NCBI GenBank assembly: GCA_951406725.2
Contig: OX597823.1
Coordinates: 99,820,001-99,884,000 of the forward strand
Length of the DNA stretch: 64,000 nt
Direction: 5' to 3'
DNA from: Octopus vulgaris
Taxonomy: Eukaryota
Part shown: positions 13,337-35,935 of the stretch, in pieces
Numbering within the stretch: the stretch's first letter is position 1
Layout of the letters: each line of letters opens with the position of its first letter
Translations under genes and position numbers: made by a program
The notes under the pieces: generated by a model
What the model saw: only the letters and a program-made list of their open reading frames with translations
Databases searched by the model: none
What the model was told of the DNA's origin: nothing

Positions 13337-14221
13337 TCTTATTATAAAAGGCAGATTTTATCTGCCTCCCTTTGGGAGTTATAGAAATCTACAATATAGG
13401 ATTTCTTCAATTACAATTTACCTAGCATTTTTAAGAGTAGAATGCATCGCGTCATGCCAGGTCCAGTTTTTAAATTTTAAACTCCAATTAAGCAAAATTT
13501 ACAGAAAACTCACATTCTGGTGTGTGTGTCAAATGCTTTTCTTAGTCTGGTTTACACCACACGCAAACGCACACACACAGTGTGCAACAAATAAAATGAA
13601 AGTAAATAGCGACAGAGTGATTTGAGGAAGACTAAACTGAAAGTATTTAAACCACTACTCAAAAAATAAAAAAACACAGCAAACAGAAACAAATAAATAC
13701 ATAACCATTTACTCCTCACACAATTTCTTCAATTAGAATTTACCTAAGATTTTTCAAAGTACTCCATTCGCTCATGCCATAATATATTTCTTTCAATTTC
13801 ACCCCCAATTAAGACAAAATTCGAGAAAACTCAATATTTTAACATATCACTCCGAAAGCATTGATGTACATGTGTGCGTGCGTGAGTGTGTGTGTGTCAT
13901 TCCTCACACACACGCATACACATACATATACAACTACATACAACTACATACACATACAACTACATACAAACACGTGTGTGTTTGTTATTAGTAAAAAAGG
14001 CACCAAAACACAACTCACTTATCATTCCAACACATTTGCAAAGACACACGGACGGACAGAAAAGGTAAATTGGTTTTTATTTTACTCTATATATTTTATT
14101 ATATAATATTATATATAGATATATGTATATATAATTGCAGTATGAAACAGTGTTTATGTATAAACAGACGACACTTATATATAGTTATTATAATAAGAGA
14201 TTAATAAATGTATGCATCCGT
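13335..14221 (+). mobile_element. Helitron-like element 5' portion (family H3), interrupted by a piggyBac at TTAA 14222
   Basis: Begins A^TCTCTTATTATAAAAGGCAG; first ~245 bp near-identical to 15838-16084; TC start and TATAA-rich head like the other Helitrons here. Its own 3' end is not identified. Confidence 0.55.
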
Positions 14222-14550
14222 TTAACCCTTTCGTTACCAAGCCGCCCGAATTTACCTATTCATATTTAAATGAGAATATCAGAGCAAATCTCTTTAGTAC
14301 ATTCGTGAAAACACGTATTATACTTCGTAAACACTTCAACTACAGTTTTGTACAAAAATCGAAGTGTAATTTTAATTCCGTGAATTATGGGAGATTTTTT
14401 TCCGAAATTTGTTCCTATTGTGTTTTCAAAATTTGTAATTCTGACAAAAAATGGATACGAATTTCATTATATCAAGCAGCGAGTCAGAATTCGAAGGATT
14501 TTCTACTGAAGACCTTCATAAATCTAACTCTATGACTGAAAAAAAAAGCA

Positions 14551-14947
14551 TCTTTATATAAGAGTGAAGTTGTGTGTCTGTCTCCTACGATTTAGATTCG
14601 TAACTACTCCCACATTTTGCGATGCAGTTTAACCAAAAGCGGGTATCTTATAGTCGTGATTCATATCGAGCCCTTCTGGGTATTAGCGTGCGTCTACAAT
14701 GAGTCTACGATTTAAAAAAAATTTACCATCATATTTTTCCATTTTAATGCATTTTTTTCGCTTTTATATAAGGGAAGTAACTCTCTAAAAATATCTACGA
14801 TGTGTCAACGATTTAAAAAAAAATTTCCCTTAATTTTTTTTTCAATTTTTAATGCATTTTTTTGCTATTTTTTGGCTATAACTCTCTAAAAATGCTTATA
14901 TAGTTATTTCCCTTACAAACCCTAGCAACGCCGGGCGATATTGCTAG
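14551..14947 (+). mobile_element. non-autonomous Helitron (family H1)
   Basis: 5' TC, 3' hairpin CCCTAGCAACGCCGGG then CTAG, between A and T, no TSD; near-identical to 16927-17321. Confidence 0.88.
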
Positions 14948-15837
<890 letters not shown>

Positions 15838-16154
15838 TCTCTTATTATAAAAGGCAGATTTTATCTACCTCCCCTTTGTCAGTTATAGAAATCTACAATA
15901 TAGGATTTCTTCAATTACAATTTACCTAGCATTTTTAAGAGTAGAATGCATCGGGTCATGCCAGGTCCAGTTTTTAAAATTTAAACTCCAATTAAGGAAA
16001 ATTTACAGAAAACTCACATTCTGGAGTGTATGTCAAATGCTTTTCTTAGTCTGGTTTACACCACACGCAAACGCACACACACACAAACGGAGCTAACTGT
16101 TTCACTGACGCTATCACCCTTCTCCTCCTTTGTCTTTGCAAGTTTGCAGCTATT
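15838..16154 (+). mobile_element. Helitron-like 5' fragment (family H3) inside the piggyBac
   Basis: Copy of 13335-13580; piggyBac sequence resumes at ~16155 (AAAGTGAAAACAGTGAATC). Confidence 0.6.
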
Positions 16155-16926
16155 AAAGTGAAAACAGTGAATCCGACAGCGATAAAGAAAACGAATTGGT
16201 ACCTGAATGGAGTGAAAATTGAAAAACTGTTTCTTTCGGTGATTTTTCTGAAGAAACTGCACCAAGCCACAGACTTTCCCAGAAGAGTAAAGCCTTAAAC
16301 TATTTCTATTTACTTTTCGAATGAGCCTATTTGAAATCATTACGGCAGAAACGAACCGTTACGCTAAACGTAAACAAAACGAAAGAAAGGATAGTTTGTT
16401 ATTTCCCACAACCTTAAATGAAATTAAGGCCTATTTTGCCATAAATATTATTATGGGTATCAGAAAGTTACCCAGAATAACAAATTCTATCGTTAAATTT
16501 TTTTTGTATACCCAATTGAATATTAGCTAATAACCCATTTTCTATAGCGATGTTTGAACAAAATTTTACTAATTTTATATATTGTTGAATTTACCTGTAT
16601 CTACCTGCAATTAGAGTCACTTTGTGACAAAAATTATAGTATAGAATTGGTTGAGGACATTTCATTAAATTATCTTCCAAAAATCAGATTAATATATTGA
16701 TAAATAAAAAAGTTATTGTTGTTTAATGAAACCAGACTAAATTTATGATTACGTTAGAAATTAATTGAAACACATAAGGGGTGTATTTTGGTCAGAAATA
16801 TAGTAACGAAAGGGTTAAGAAAAACCAAAAAATATTTTATTCTTTATAAATGTTGTATTCGAAATAACATTTTATTTTAAGAATGTGTATATAACAAAGT
16901 ATGTGTATATAACTACGTGACTTATA

Positions 16927-17321
16927 TCTTTATATATAAGAGTGAAGTTGTGTGTCTGTCTCCTACGAATTAGATTCCTAACTACTCCCACATTTTGCTG
17001 TGCAGTGTAACCAAAACCGGGTATCTTATAGTCGTGAGTCATATCGAGCCCTTCTGGGTATTAGCGCGCGTCTACGATGAGACTACGATTTAAAAAAATT
17101 TACCATCATATTTTTCCATTTTAATGCATTTTTTCGCTATTATATAAGGGAAGTAACTCTCTAAAAATATCTACGATGTGTCAACGATTTAAAAAGAAAT
17201 TTACCTTAATTTTTTTCCATTTTTAATGCATTTTTTTCCTATTTTTTGGCTATAACTCTCTAAAAATGCTTATATAGTTATTTCCCTTACAAACCCGAGC
17301 AACGCCGGGCGATACTGCTAG
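16927..17321 (+). mobile_element. non-autonomous Helitron (family H1)
   Basis: A^TC start; CCCGAGCAACGCCGGG hairpin + GCTAG^T end. Confidence 0.9.
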
Positions 17322-17337
17322 TACATATATATATATG

Positions 17338-18720
17338 CCTGACACCCAACATGGTTTCCGACCAGGAAGAAGCTGCTTAACTCAGCTCCTACAACACTAT
17401 GACTGGGTGCTGAAACAACTGCTCAACCACTCAAATGTGGAAGTCATATATCTCGACTTTGCAAAGGCCTTTGATAAAGTCGATCATGGATTGATATGTC
17501 ACAAACTGCGTGATCTTGGCATAGTTGGAAAATTGGGAGAATGGCTTCATGACTTTCTGAAGAATAGAAGTCAGGTGTTAGCAGCCAATGGGGCCACTTC
17601 CACTAACACGCAAATAGTGAGCGGTGTTCCGCAGGGTACTGTTTTGGGACCACTACTGTTCATAATGGCCCTCTCAGACATGCCCTCAGCCACGCAGAGA
17701 GCCACGATCACAAGTTATGCAGATGATACAAAAGTTTCACAGGCAATACAGAACCCTGAAGACACTAAGCACCTGCAATGTGAGCTGGACGAAATATACA
17801 AGTGGGCTGAAAAGAATAGCATGCAGTTCAATGCTGAAAAGTTTAAAGCTTTATACTATCAGCATGCAAAACTGAATGCAATACCCAATGAATACACTGG
17901 ACCCGGAGGGATTGCAATCCCAGAGGCACAATCAGCGCGTGACCTTCGTATTCACATGAGTGATGACGCGACCTTTCATGTACATGTTGCTAAACTGGCA
18001 ATGAAATGTAGACGGCTGGCTGGATGGATTCTTAGAACCTTTAGAACAAGAGAACAAGAAACCATGATGGTCCTCTGGAAGACACTTGTCCTAAGCCACT
18101 TTGACTATTGCTCTCAGCTATGGTCACCATCCAGTGTCAAGTCGATCACAGAACTTGAGGCGATCCAACGAAGCTACACGAAGAAGATAGCCTCTGTGCA
18201 ACATATGAGCTACTGGGAAAGACTCAAGAGATTAAAGCTCTATTCCCTGGAGCGTAGGCGAGAAAAAGATATCCCATAATATATATCTGGAAGATCCTGG
18301 AAGGACTTGTCCCAGACTTTGGCATCGAGAGTCACACAAATGCCAGAACCGGACGCCACTGCGTAGTACCAAGGACTCCAAATTTGCCATCAAGATGTAG
18401 GACAAGATATTGTGATAGCCTGGGCTTCAGAGGCCCACAGCTCTTCAATATCCTCCCGAAGAACCTGAGGAACCTGCATGGTGTGGATGCGGATGTCTTT
18501 AAAGTAGGACTGGATCTCTTCCTGTCAGGTGTCCCGGATGAACCAACTTCACTGGCAGGAGGTGCAGATGAGGGCAGCTGCATCGAACTCTCTCATGCAT
18601 CAGATGGCGTTTGCTAAAAAGCATCCGCGAGGTAAAATCGTGTAGCAAACCAAATGGCGGTGCCCCAGCATGGCCACAGCTCATTAGCTGAAACTGGAAA
18701 AATCAAAATCAAAATCAATC
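17338..18720 (+). mobile_element. 5'-truncated CR1-group LINE with a largely intact RT domain
   Basis: 314-aa frame with QHGFRPGRSC, YLDFAKAFDKVDH, GVPQGTVLGPLLF, YADD; frameshift near 18265; (AAAATC)n tail; inserted in (TA)n. Confidence 0.95.
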
Positions 18721-26239
<7,519 letters not shown>

Positions 26240-26616
26240 TCTCTATATAAATGGCAGTTTGTCTGTGCGTGTTTCTGTGTGTCTGTTTGCTTGTACCCTC
26301 ACCCTGACCACTGCTTTCAACCGATTCTGATGAAACTTGACACACACATAGCCCAATGTCATAATTCAAAACTAACGCAGCGAAAATTTTGAAAAGTTCC
26401 CCCAGTTCTGAAAAAAATCGATAAATTCGACATGGGGTCGAGAATCAGAAACACAAACCGCAAACTGTCTAGGGGACGCAACTCCACCTTTTTTAACTAA
26501 AAAAAAATTTACCATCGTTTTTTTCCATTTTTTTGCTAATTTTTGGCTATAACTCTCTAAAAATGCATTATAGTTATTTCCCTTACAAACCTGAGCAACG
26601 CCGGGCGATACTGCTA

Positions 26617-26617
<1 letters not shown>
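26240..26617 (+). mobile_element. non-autonomous Helitron (family H2)
   Basis: A^TC start, CCTGAGCAACGCCGGG hairpin, CTAG^T end; reverse copy at 29325-29707. Confidence 0.9.
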
Positions 26618-26705
<88 letters not shown>

Positions 26706-26842
26706 TATATATACATATACACACACATACATATATATACATATACACATATATATATATACATATATATATATACACACATATACATATATACATATAT
26801 ATACATATATATATACACACATACATATATATATACACATAC

Positions 26843-26960
<118 letters not shown>

Positions 26961-26977
26961 ATATATATATATACACA

Positions 26978-27056
<79 letters not shown>

Positions 27057-27059
<3 letters not shown>

Positions 27060-27445
27060 ACATAAGGGATTAAAGCCATCTGAATATGGCTAGGGACAGG
27101 GCAGGGTGGTGGGTGTTACTGTTGCATTTAGCCCCAGGCGAACATCGACGTCACCAGAAAGGCCCGACACCGTCACGGTGTCCTTAACCTGCAAAGGAGG
27201 TAATTCCTCGATGAAGCGGAAACCACACACGGACCATGGTTTCAAGGTGTATTGCCTATCGTCGGCGTGTGGTAGGCTTACGCTTCCTCGACGAATTCTC
27301 ACTCTGCAGGATATTCATGACACCGTGACGGTGTCGGGCCTTTCTGGTGACGTCGATGTTCGCCTGGGGCTAAATGCAACAGTAACACCCCACCACCCTG
27401 CCCTGTCCCTAGCCATATTCAGATGGCTTTAGTCCCTTATGTTAT
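27057..27445. repeat. 389-bp fold-back element (MITE-like long hairpin)
   Basis: Arms 27057-27182 and 27319-27445 are reverse complements with one mismatch and one 1-nt indel; the spacer is also imperfectly self-complementary; TA at both ends. Confidence 0.92.
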
Positions 27446-27487
27446 CGAGCAGTTACTGTCTATATCTCTTTTAGAGAATTATTATTG

Positions 27488-29324
<1,837 letters not shown>

Positions 29325-29707
29325 CTAGCAGTATCGCCCGGCGTTGCTCGGGTTTGTAAGGGAAATAACTATAAAGGATTTTTAGAGAGTTATAGCCAAA
29401 AAATAGCAAAAAAATGGGGAAAAAAAGATGGTAAATTTTTTTGATAGTTAAAAAGGTCGAGTTGCGTCCCCATGACCATCTGTGGTTTGTATTTCTGATT
29501 GTCAACCCCATGTTGAATTTATCGATCTTTTTCAGAACTGGGGGAACTTTTCAAAATTTTCGCTGCGTTAGTTTTGAATTATGACATTGGGCTATGTGTG
29601 TGTCAAGTTTCATCAGAATCGGTTGAAAGCCGTGGTCAGAGTGAGGGTACAAGCAAACAGACACACAGAAACACACACAGACAAACTGCCGTTTATATAT
29701 AGAGAGA
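29325..29707 (-). mobile_element. non-autonomous Helitron (family H2)
   Basis: CTAGCAGTATCGCCCGGCGTTGCTCGGG at the left end (reverse 3' terminus), GA at the right end; reverse complement of 26240-26617. Confidence 0.9.
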
Positions 29708-29766
29708 TATACATATATATATATATACACACACACACATATATATATATATATACACACACACAC

Positions 29767-29798
<32 letters not shown>

Positions 29799-29856
29799 AC
29801 ACACACACACACATATATATATATATACATATACATATATATATACACACACACAC

Positions 29857-29888
<32 letters not shown>

Positions 29889-29892
29889 ATAT

Positions 29893-29923
<31 letters not shown>

Positions 29924-31904
29924 GTATGAGTATCCATTTGTGTGTGTATGTGTATTACATATCTATACCTATAATACATGCACATGTGTGTGCGTTTGCA
30001 TATATGTATGTATAATGTGTGTATACTATGATACATACACACATTTGCCTTTGCCTGTTTCTTTTTCTTGCTCTCTCTCTCTCTCTCTCTCTCTCAGACT
30101 TATATCCCTATTTGTGAATCTTTGTTAATTACTAATATTTCTTTTGAAGTCCTGATTACTTGAGGAAACAGCCTAATTTTTGGTTTTGGAGCTGCAACAA
30201 TCTAGCCACCCACGCATGTTTAATTGTAGTAGAAACCCTGCATCACAACTAGTAATTTACAATGTGTTCTGAGAAGATTCCACTCAGTCTTAGCGGAATC
30301 CATAAGTAGGCATTAAATTTAAGAAACAATGGTTTCGCAGGAAGATTTTCTCTAACACAGCACTATCTGTTGACATGATCCTGCTATATATAGACATTTG
30401 CTATGGTGTTAATTTTAATAAAAATCACAGATTTACACATGATTTGTATGTGATTATTTTATTTATAAGTGATTATATGTCTGTTGCTATTAATTCAAGA
30501 TTGATTAGCAATGATTTGAAACAAATCCTGTCTAGATGTTGTTCACTGTTTAGGTTTGTGTGTACTGACTGGTATTTAAATAGATTAGCAAAAGTAAATT
30601 TAGAATAAAGACATACATATATATTTCATTCTTTTTTTTTATGTACACTTATTTATAGAAACTGACTTGGATCTGATGAGAATTATAGGATATTATTTAT
30701 ATTGTATTCACATACTTTAAACTTTTTTTAAAACTTAGCTATTTTATAGAAGACATATCTATATAAATTTGCTTGTTAGTCATATGGTTTTGGTATCTTG
30801 AACAAGTGTCTTTTGCTATAGTTTCAGGCCAACTAAAGCTTTGTGAGGGGATTTGGCAACTGAAAGAAGCTCATCTTGACAGTGTGTGTGATATATTAGT
30901 ATCTCCTTGACAAGACAAGGAGACACTGACAAGACAAGGAGACACATATCAAGGCATTGTGTGATGGCTGTAAATGAGCATCACCATCATACAGGCTGAG
31001 CCCTTTGTTTTCAATCTCCTGTGAAAAGATGTTTGGCAAGGGGAATATTAATTTGCTTGGAAACAGATGATGGTTGGTTGGTAGGAAGGACATGCAGCCA
31101 TAGAAAATTTGTCTCACTGAAAGAGCATGGAAATGCTGGTGTTTAAATTATATTTATCTGTATTATTTATGTAAAAGAATACAAACCTCTGAAAAATTGA
31201 TTTAGAATTAGAATAAGATCAAAGACAAGATTTATGGACACATCCCACACATTTCTACCAATGTTGCTCAAAACAGGGTTGATATCACTGGCCACTGCTA
31301 TCCGTGCTAAATGCCTGGCCATTTTGGATAAGCGTTTGTCCTAAGAACTCTTGACTACATTGATGTTATTGGGTAGAGAGATGACATCAGGAAATTGAGG
31401 ACCCACTGAAGCTGATGAGGCAGACAGGGATTCCTGATGTTGTTTGGTTACCTCTGCATCTTTGTTGTGGGTCTTGAAGAAGGAGGAGGCTATAGATGAT
31501 AGATTCTATTCTAAACTATTACCAATGATTGCTTAATCAATTGTTGAATGTGATAAAGCAAAGCCTACTTGGATGAGACTTAAATTAAAAATTCAAAAAG
31601 TTGTCAGTTGTTGTCGTCCAACTCTGCAATACTTTTTATTGCTTATGGTAAGAAATAGTGATTTATACTAAGTAAAAACATGATTCATTTTGTACAGTGA
31701 AAGTGATACACAGGAATTGGGTGACCCCAAGTTATTAGCTTTTACAGGGTACACAAGTTTGTTTGAAGTTAATTCTGGATTGGTGAAGGGCAAAAGTTTT
31801 CCTTGGTAGAATTAGATCTTGAAAATATAATGTGATACTGCATTGCATCAAGTCCAGTTTGGTAAATTCTGTGCCACACATACTATCTTCAATAATAATA
31901 ATAA

Positions 31905-33035
31905 TAATAATAATTCTTTCTAATTTTTGCACAAGGCCAGCAATTTTGAAGGGAGGAGCAAGCCAATTCCATCAACCTTCAGTGCTCAACAGGTATTTAA
32001 TTTGTTGACCCTGAAAAGATGAAAGGCAAAATCAGCTTTGATGGAATTTGAACTCGGAATGTAATGAGTTGGAAGAAAAGCTGTGAAAAATTTATTCTGA
32101 TATGCTAATGATTCTGCCAGCTTGCCACTTCAATAATAATAATAAGGATGATAATGGTTTCATATTTTGGCACAAGGGCAGCAGTTTGTAAGGGGTTGGG
32201 TGGAGGTTATTCAATTACATTGTTGCCAATGCTCAACCTTGGTGGAAATGATAATGATAATGATTTCTTTATTAACCACTAGGTTAATAATAATAATAAT
32301 GATAATGATTTTTAATTTAGGTACAAGGACAGTAGCCTTGTGGGTGTTATTTGACTGCATCAATGCCAGTAATTGACTTGTATTTTATTTTATCAATCCA
32401 AGAGGATGAAGGCAAAGTTGACCTGAACAAGATTTGAACCTAGAATGTAAAGATCCGGAAGAACTGCAAATCATTTTTTTCCCAACACTAATGGTTTTGC
32501 CAATCTAGTGTCCCTTAATGTTAACAGTGATAATTTATAACCTGGGCACCAGGCCATAAATTTTGGGGTTTAGGTGTATTTGAGACCAAAATAAAGGAAA
32601 ATGTGATCTTTGAAAATGTGATTTTTTGGGTAAAATGTTATTATCTAACATCTGTGGTTCCTCAGGGAGATAAAAGCTAAATTCATTCCCAAACTATTTG
32701 AACCTAAAATACAGTCTGTTTGGCGTTTAACCAGATGCTGTATAACACTGATGTTCACATTCATTACTATACACTACAGCTCTATGGTCTTGCCACCAGA
32801 ATTGCTCTAAATGATGAGGATTTCAAATTTTGGTCCAAGGCAAAGCAAATTTAATTGGAATGAAGGAGCTACATCACCCACCCACCCCTACTTGGCTGCT
32901 ACTTTATCTTATCAACCCCCAAAAGAATGAAAGACAAAGATAACTTCAGTGAAATTTGAACTCAGAACATAAAGAACCAAAAGAAATGTTGCTCCACATT
33001 TTGTCTGATGTTCTAGTTCTTAGCTCTCTCGCTCT
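31905..33035 (-). mobile_element. tandem cluster of family-B SINE copies
   Basis: Repeated (AAT)n...GGCACAAGGCCAGCAATTTT...GATGAAAGGCAAA...GAATTTGAACTC...TCTGCCAGCTTGCC blocks. Confidence 0.7.
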
Positions 33036-33429
33036 GCAGCTCTTGTCAACCCATCCAACCCATTGAGAACAGACTTTAAATGACAATGATGATTTTTGAT
33101 AAGGGCAATGGAGACAGAATATTATAACAAGATATATAAACATAGAAATGTAGAAATCTTGTAATAATTCTGTATGTCTTCTCTCTCTACATCACCCTAA
33201 CAACATGCAAATATTAAATGATTCACCTATATAAATGATAGAAGATAGCTGCTCAGATTCCTCCTCCTCCTCTTACAGGTGTCTTCGTTCTTCAGCCGTA
33301 ACGCCTGCCTACATCGAACTAACCCATCTTCATTGACTTTTACAGATTTTCCCTCTTTCTCTGCACCTTCTGCTTTAAGTGATGCTGGGGATGGCGTGGA
33401 GTCTTGAAGGATTTTAGTTGAACAAATCG

Positions 33430-33727
33430 ACACCAGGGCTTAAGTCGGGTACTTGTTACTCTATCAGTCTATTTCGCCAAACTGTTTTACAGGGATCTAA
33501 ATAAACCAACAGTGGTTTTCAAGTAGTAACGAGGGACAAACAGAAACGCGCGTGCACACACACACAAATCTGTATCTGATGCACTTGCACAGTTTCTGTC
33601 TCTCAAATTCATCCTTAAGGCATTGCTCAGTCTGGTGCTGTAGTGGAAGACACTTGCCCAAGGTCTCATACAATGGGAATAAACTTATGTTGCTGCTAAG
33701 TGAGATTGTTAACCACACAGACATGCC
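33430..33727 (-). mobile_element. tRNA-derived SINE (family A)
   Basis: CAGTTTCTGTCTCTCAAATTC...GAAGACACTTGCCCAAGG...TTAACCACACAGACATGCC, reverse of the family-A head and body. Confidence 0.75.
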
Positions 33728-33762
33728 CTAACCCTGACCTACAATGATAATAAAGAAAACGT

Positions 33763-34038
33763 ACATTATTTACATTGGACAGATATTTCTCCTCATCTTG
33801 TTTGTTGCTAACCCAATGTTTCAGCTGATATACCCTCCAGTCTTCATCAAGTCTTGGGGAAATTTCGAACCTGAGTTTTCATTCCTAAGGTATTTTTCAA
33901 TGTTATTATTATTCGGATCACTGCCTGGAATTGAACTCAGAATCTTGGTGTTAGTAGCCCACGCTCTTAACCACTACGCCATATGCCCGTCAAATGTAAA
34001 TAATGTACATAATTCCTCATCTTTTAAATATAGAACTG
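33763..34038 (-). mobile_element. tRNA-headed short element with hammerhead-like motif, inverted tail and 12-bp TSD
   Basis: Direct repeat TAAAGAAAACGT at 33751-33762 and 34039-34050; minus-strand A box TGGCGTAGTGG and B box GTTCAATTC; TTGATGA...GAAAC motif at 33811-33852; inverted repeat 33761-33780 vs 33989-34008. Confidence 0.8.
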
Positions 34039-34904
34039 TAAAGAAAACGTTACGTAAATATTCCTTAAATGTCAAACACCAGATGTCAGCACAATTCAAA
34101 TCAATAAGATTTATGTTTGTTTCTAAAATAAATGTATCTTAATTATGTTAATATTTCAGTTCATTAAATTTTTCAATCACTTAGATAACATAAATTTCAG
34201 TAATCTAAATATAGACGCCTTATGTAACTATTTTGGTTTCATTTTTGACTTCTGTTAACCATTTTTTCCTCACATACAAACAAAAGAAGAAAAACAGAAA
34301 AACAGGGATCATGAATTGTTCCCTCAACCCCCATTCATTTATTTAAATTGTCTGTAAAGTTAATATTGAAAAACATGATTGAAGAGTGTTGAAGAACATG
34401 ATTAAAGATTGATTCATTTGACCCATGTTTACTCTTATGAAACTTGACTTTGGAAGAAAACAAAACAGAAAGAAAGAAAAAATTCCATTTCTTAGTGCAT
34501 GTGTATTTACTAATTAACTTGTACTGCTGAAAAAAAAAAAAAAACCCAAAAGCATGAGATGTCTGTGGAATACACACACAAAACTATAATAGCAGGAGAA
34601 AGAAAGGAAACAAAAGTAGTTATGAGAGAGAGAGAGAGACTGTTAGAGGAGGAGTTGTTTTATCATGTTCAGAAATGCCACCAGATTTTTACGAAGCTAT
34701 CGTTTCCCACTTTAGGGGCCTAATCAAGTGAGGCATGGGATCAGAAGAGTTGTGTAATCAATACAACATCTGCCTATCATTGGCAAAACATACTTGGAGA
34801 TAGTTACTATGTAAACCATTGTAGTTACAATAAATCAACTTATGTTGAAGAAGAACACCATATTAATATTTATGAACACAGTCGCATACATAAACACAGA
34901 TACA

Positions 34905-34937
<33 letters not shown>

Positions 34938-35240
34938 ATTTTTATTACATTCATAAGAATTATTGTGTGATTTGCTCTCGGCATGAAACTCCCTTATATC
35001 CCCAATATAAATAAAAGGCTGAAATAAGTAGTCTGCAGCATCTATCGTCACATCATCTTCTGAATAACACCACAGACTTCTTCCTATTTGTTTATTTATA
35101 TATTCTTAGTTGATACACATATGTTTATATTCTTGTGCCTATAAACAGGTCCACAGATGAATACAGTTTTGAACTCTTCCAGCTGCAGCAGCGAAATTAT
35201 TTGATATATTGGTCAAATTTTTAAAAATTCATTTCTCTAG

Positions 35241-35250
35241 TTATAAATAG
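35241..35250 (+). promoter_or_regulatory. MEF2-consensus site overlapping a TATA-like box
   Basis: gTTATAAATAGc fits YTAWWWWTAR and contains TATAAA; lies in a TE-poor island. The motif also occurs by chance in AT-rich DNA. Confidence 0.35.
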
Positions 35251-35660
35251 CTGTTTTGGGACAAATTATATTTTTCAGTTCTCCTGATGTGTATTTTCTG
35301 ATTTATTTCCTGTTCACCAGACTATATATATAGCTTGGCTGATTTGACGTGTGTGTGTGTGTATCTATATTTATAGCTTGGTTGATTTTATAGCTATGTG
35401 TATATATATATATATATATATATGCTAACTGATTTACACCCACGTAGATAAGTGTGTATATTAGTTATTTGTCTGTGTGAGTGTGTGTGTGTGTGTAGGT
35501 GTCGCTTGGCCATTCATGGTTTTCTAGCTTTCTACCTAAGTGCTATTTTAGTTTCTACTAGTTGTACACCTGCTACTGCTTGCGTTCCGCCGCCGCCGTT
35601 GTCTAATGCCATTGTCCTGATGCAAAACTGCTGCTGTAAGAGAAGCTTGAGTTGACAATA

Positions 35661-35745
35661 ATGCAAGGACAGTCGGTGCCAGCAGTACTAAGAAGGCTGC
35701 TAGGCAATGCTATTGCTATGGATTTTATTCAGGAACAATGCTATG
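35661..35745 (+). CDS. candidate alternative first coding exon A of the class IIa HDAC
   Basis: ATG with A at -3, MQGQSVPAVLRRLLGNAIAMDFIQEQCY + G, then GTAATG donor; phase 1 matches the acceptor at 59691. No homology support. Confidence 0.3.
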
Positions 35746-35925
35746 GTAATGGCAGCAACCAGAGGCTTAGTACTTAATTGCTGATGATGGTGGTGGTGGC
35801 GGCGGCGGTGGTGGTGGTGGTGGTGGTGGTGGTGGTGGTAGTCATAACAGTTGTAATAACAATAGTCATGGCTGTATAGGCAAATAGCATCTCTTTACCT
35901 GCAACAGCAGCAGCAGCAGCTGCTG

Positions 35926-35935
35926 CTATAAATAG
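35926..35935 (+). promoter_or_regulatory. perfect MEF2 site/TATA composite
   Basis: gCTATAAATAGa = CTAWWWWTAG containing TATAAA, ~285 bp upstream of ATG 36219. Confidence 0.42.

Noticed and set aside
27200-27225. CTCGATGAAGCGGAAAC as a hammerhead inside the fold-back
   Set aside because: Core is not CUGANGA, there is no stem II, and the segment is sequestered in the rod.
33915-33988. tRNA gene
   Set aside because: A/B boxes present but no proper acceptor stem; embedded in a TSD-flanked element, so a SINE head.
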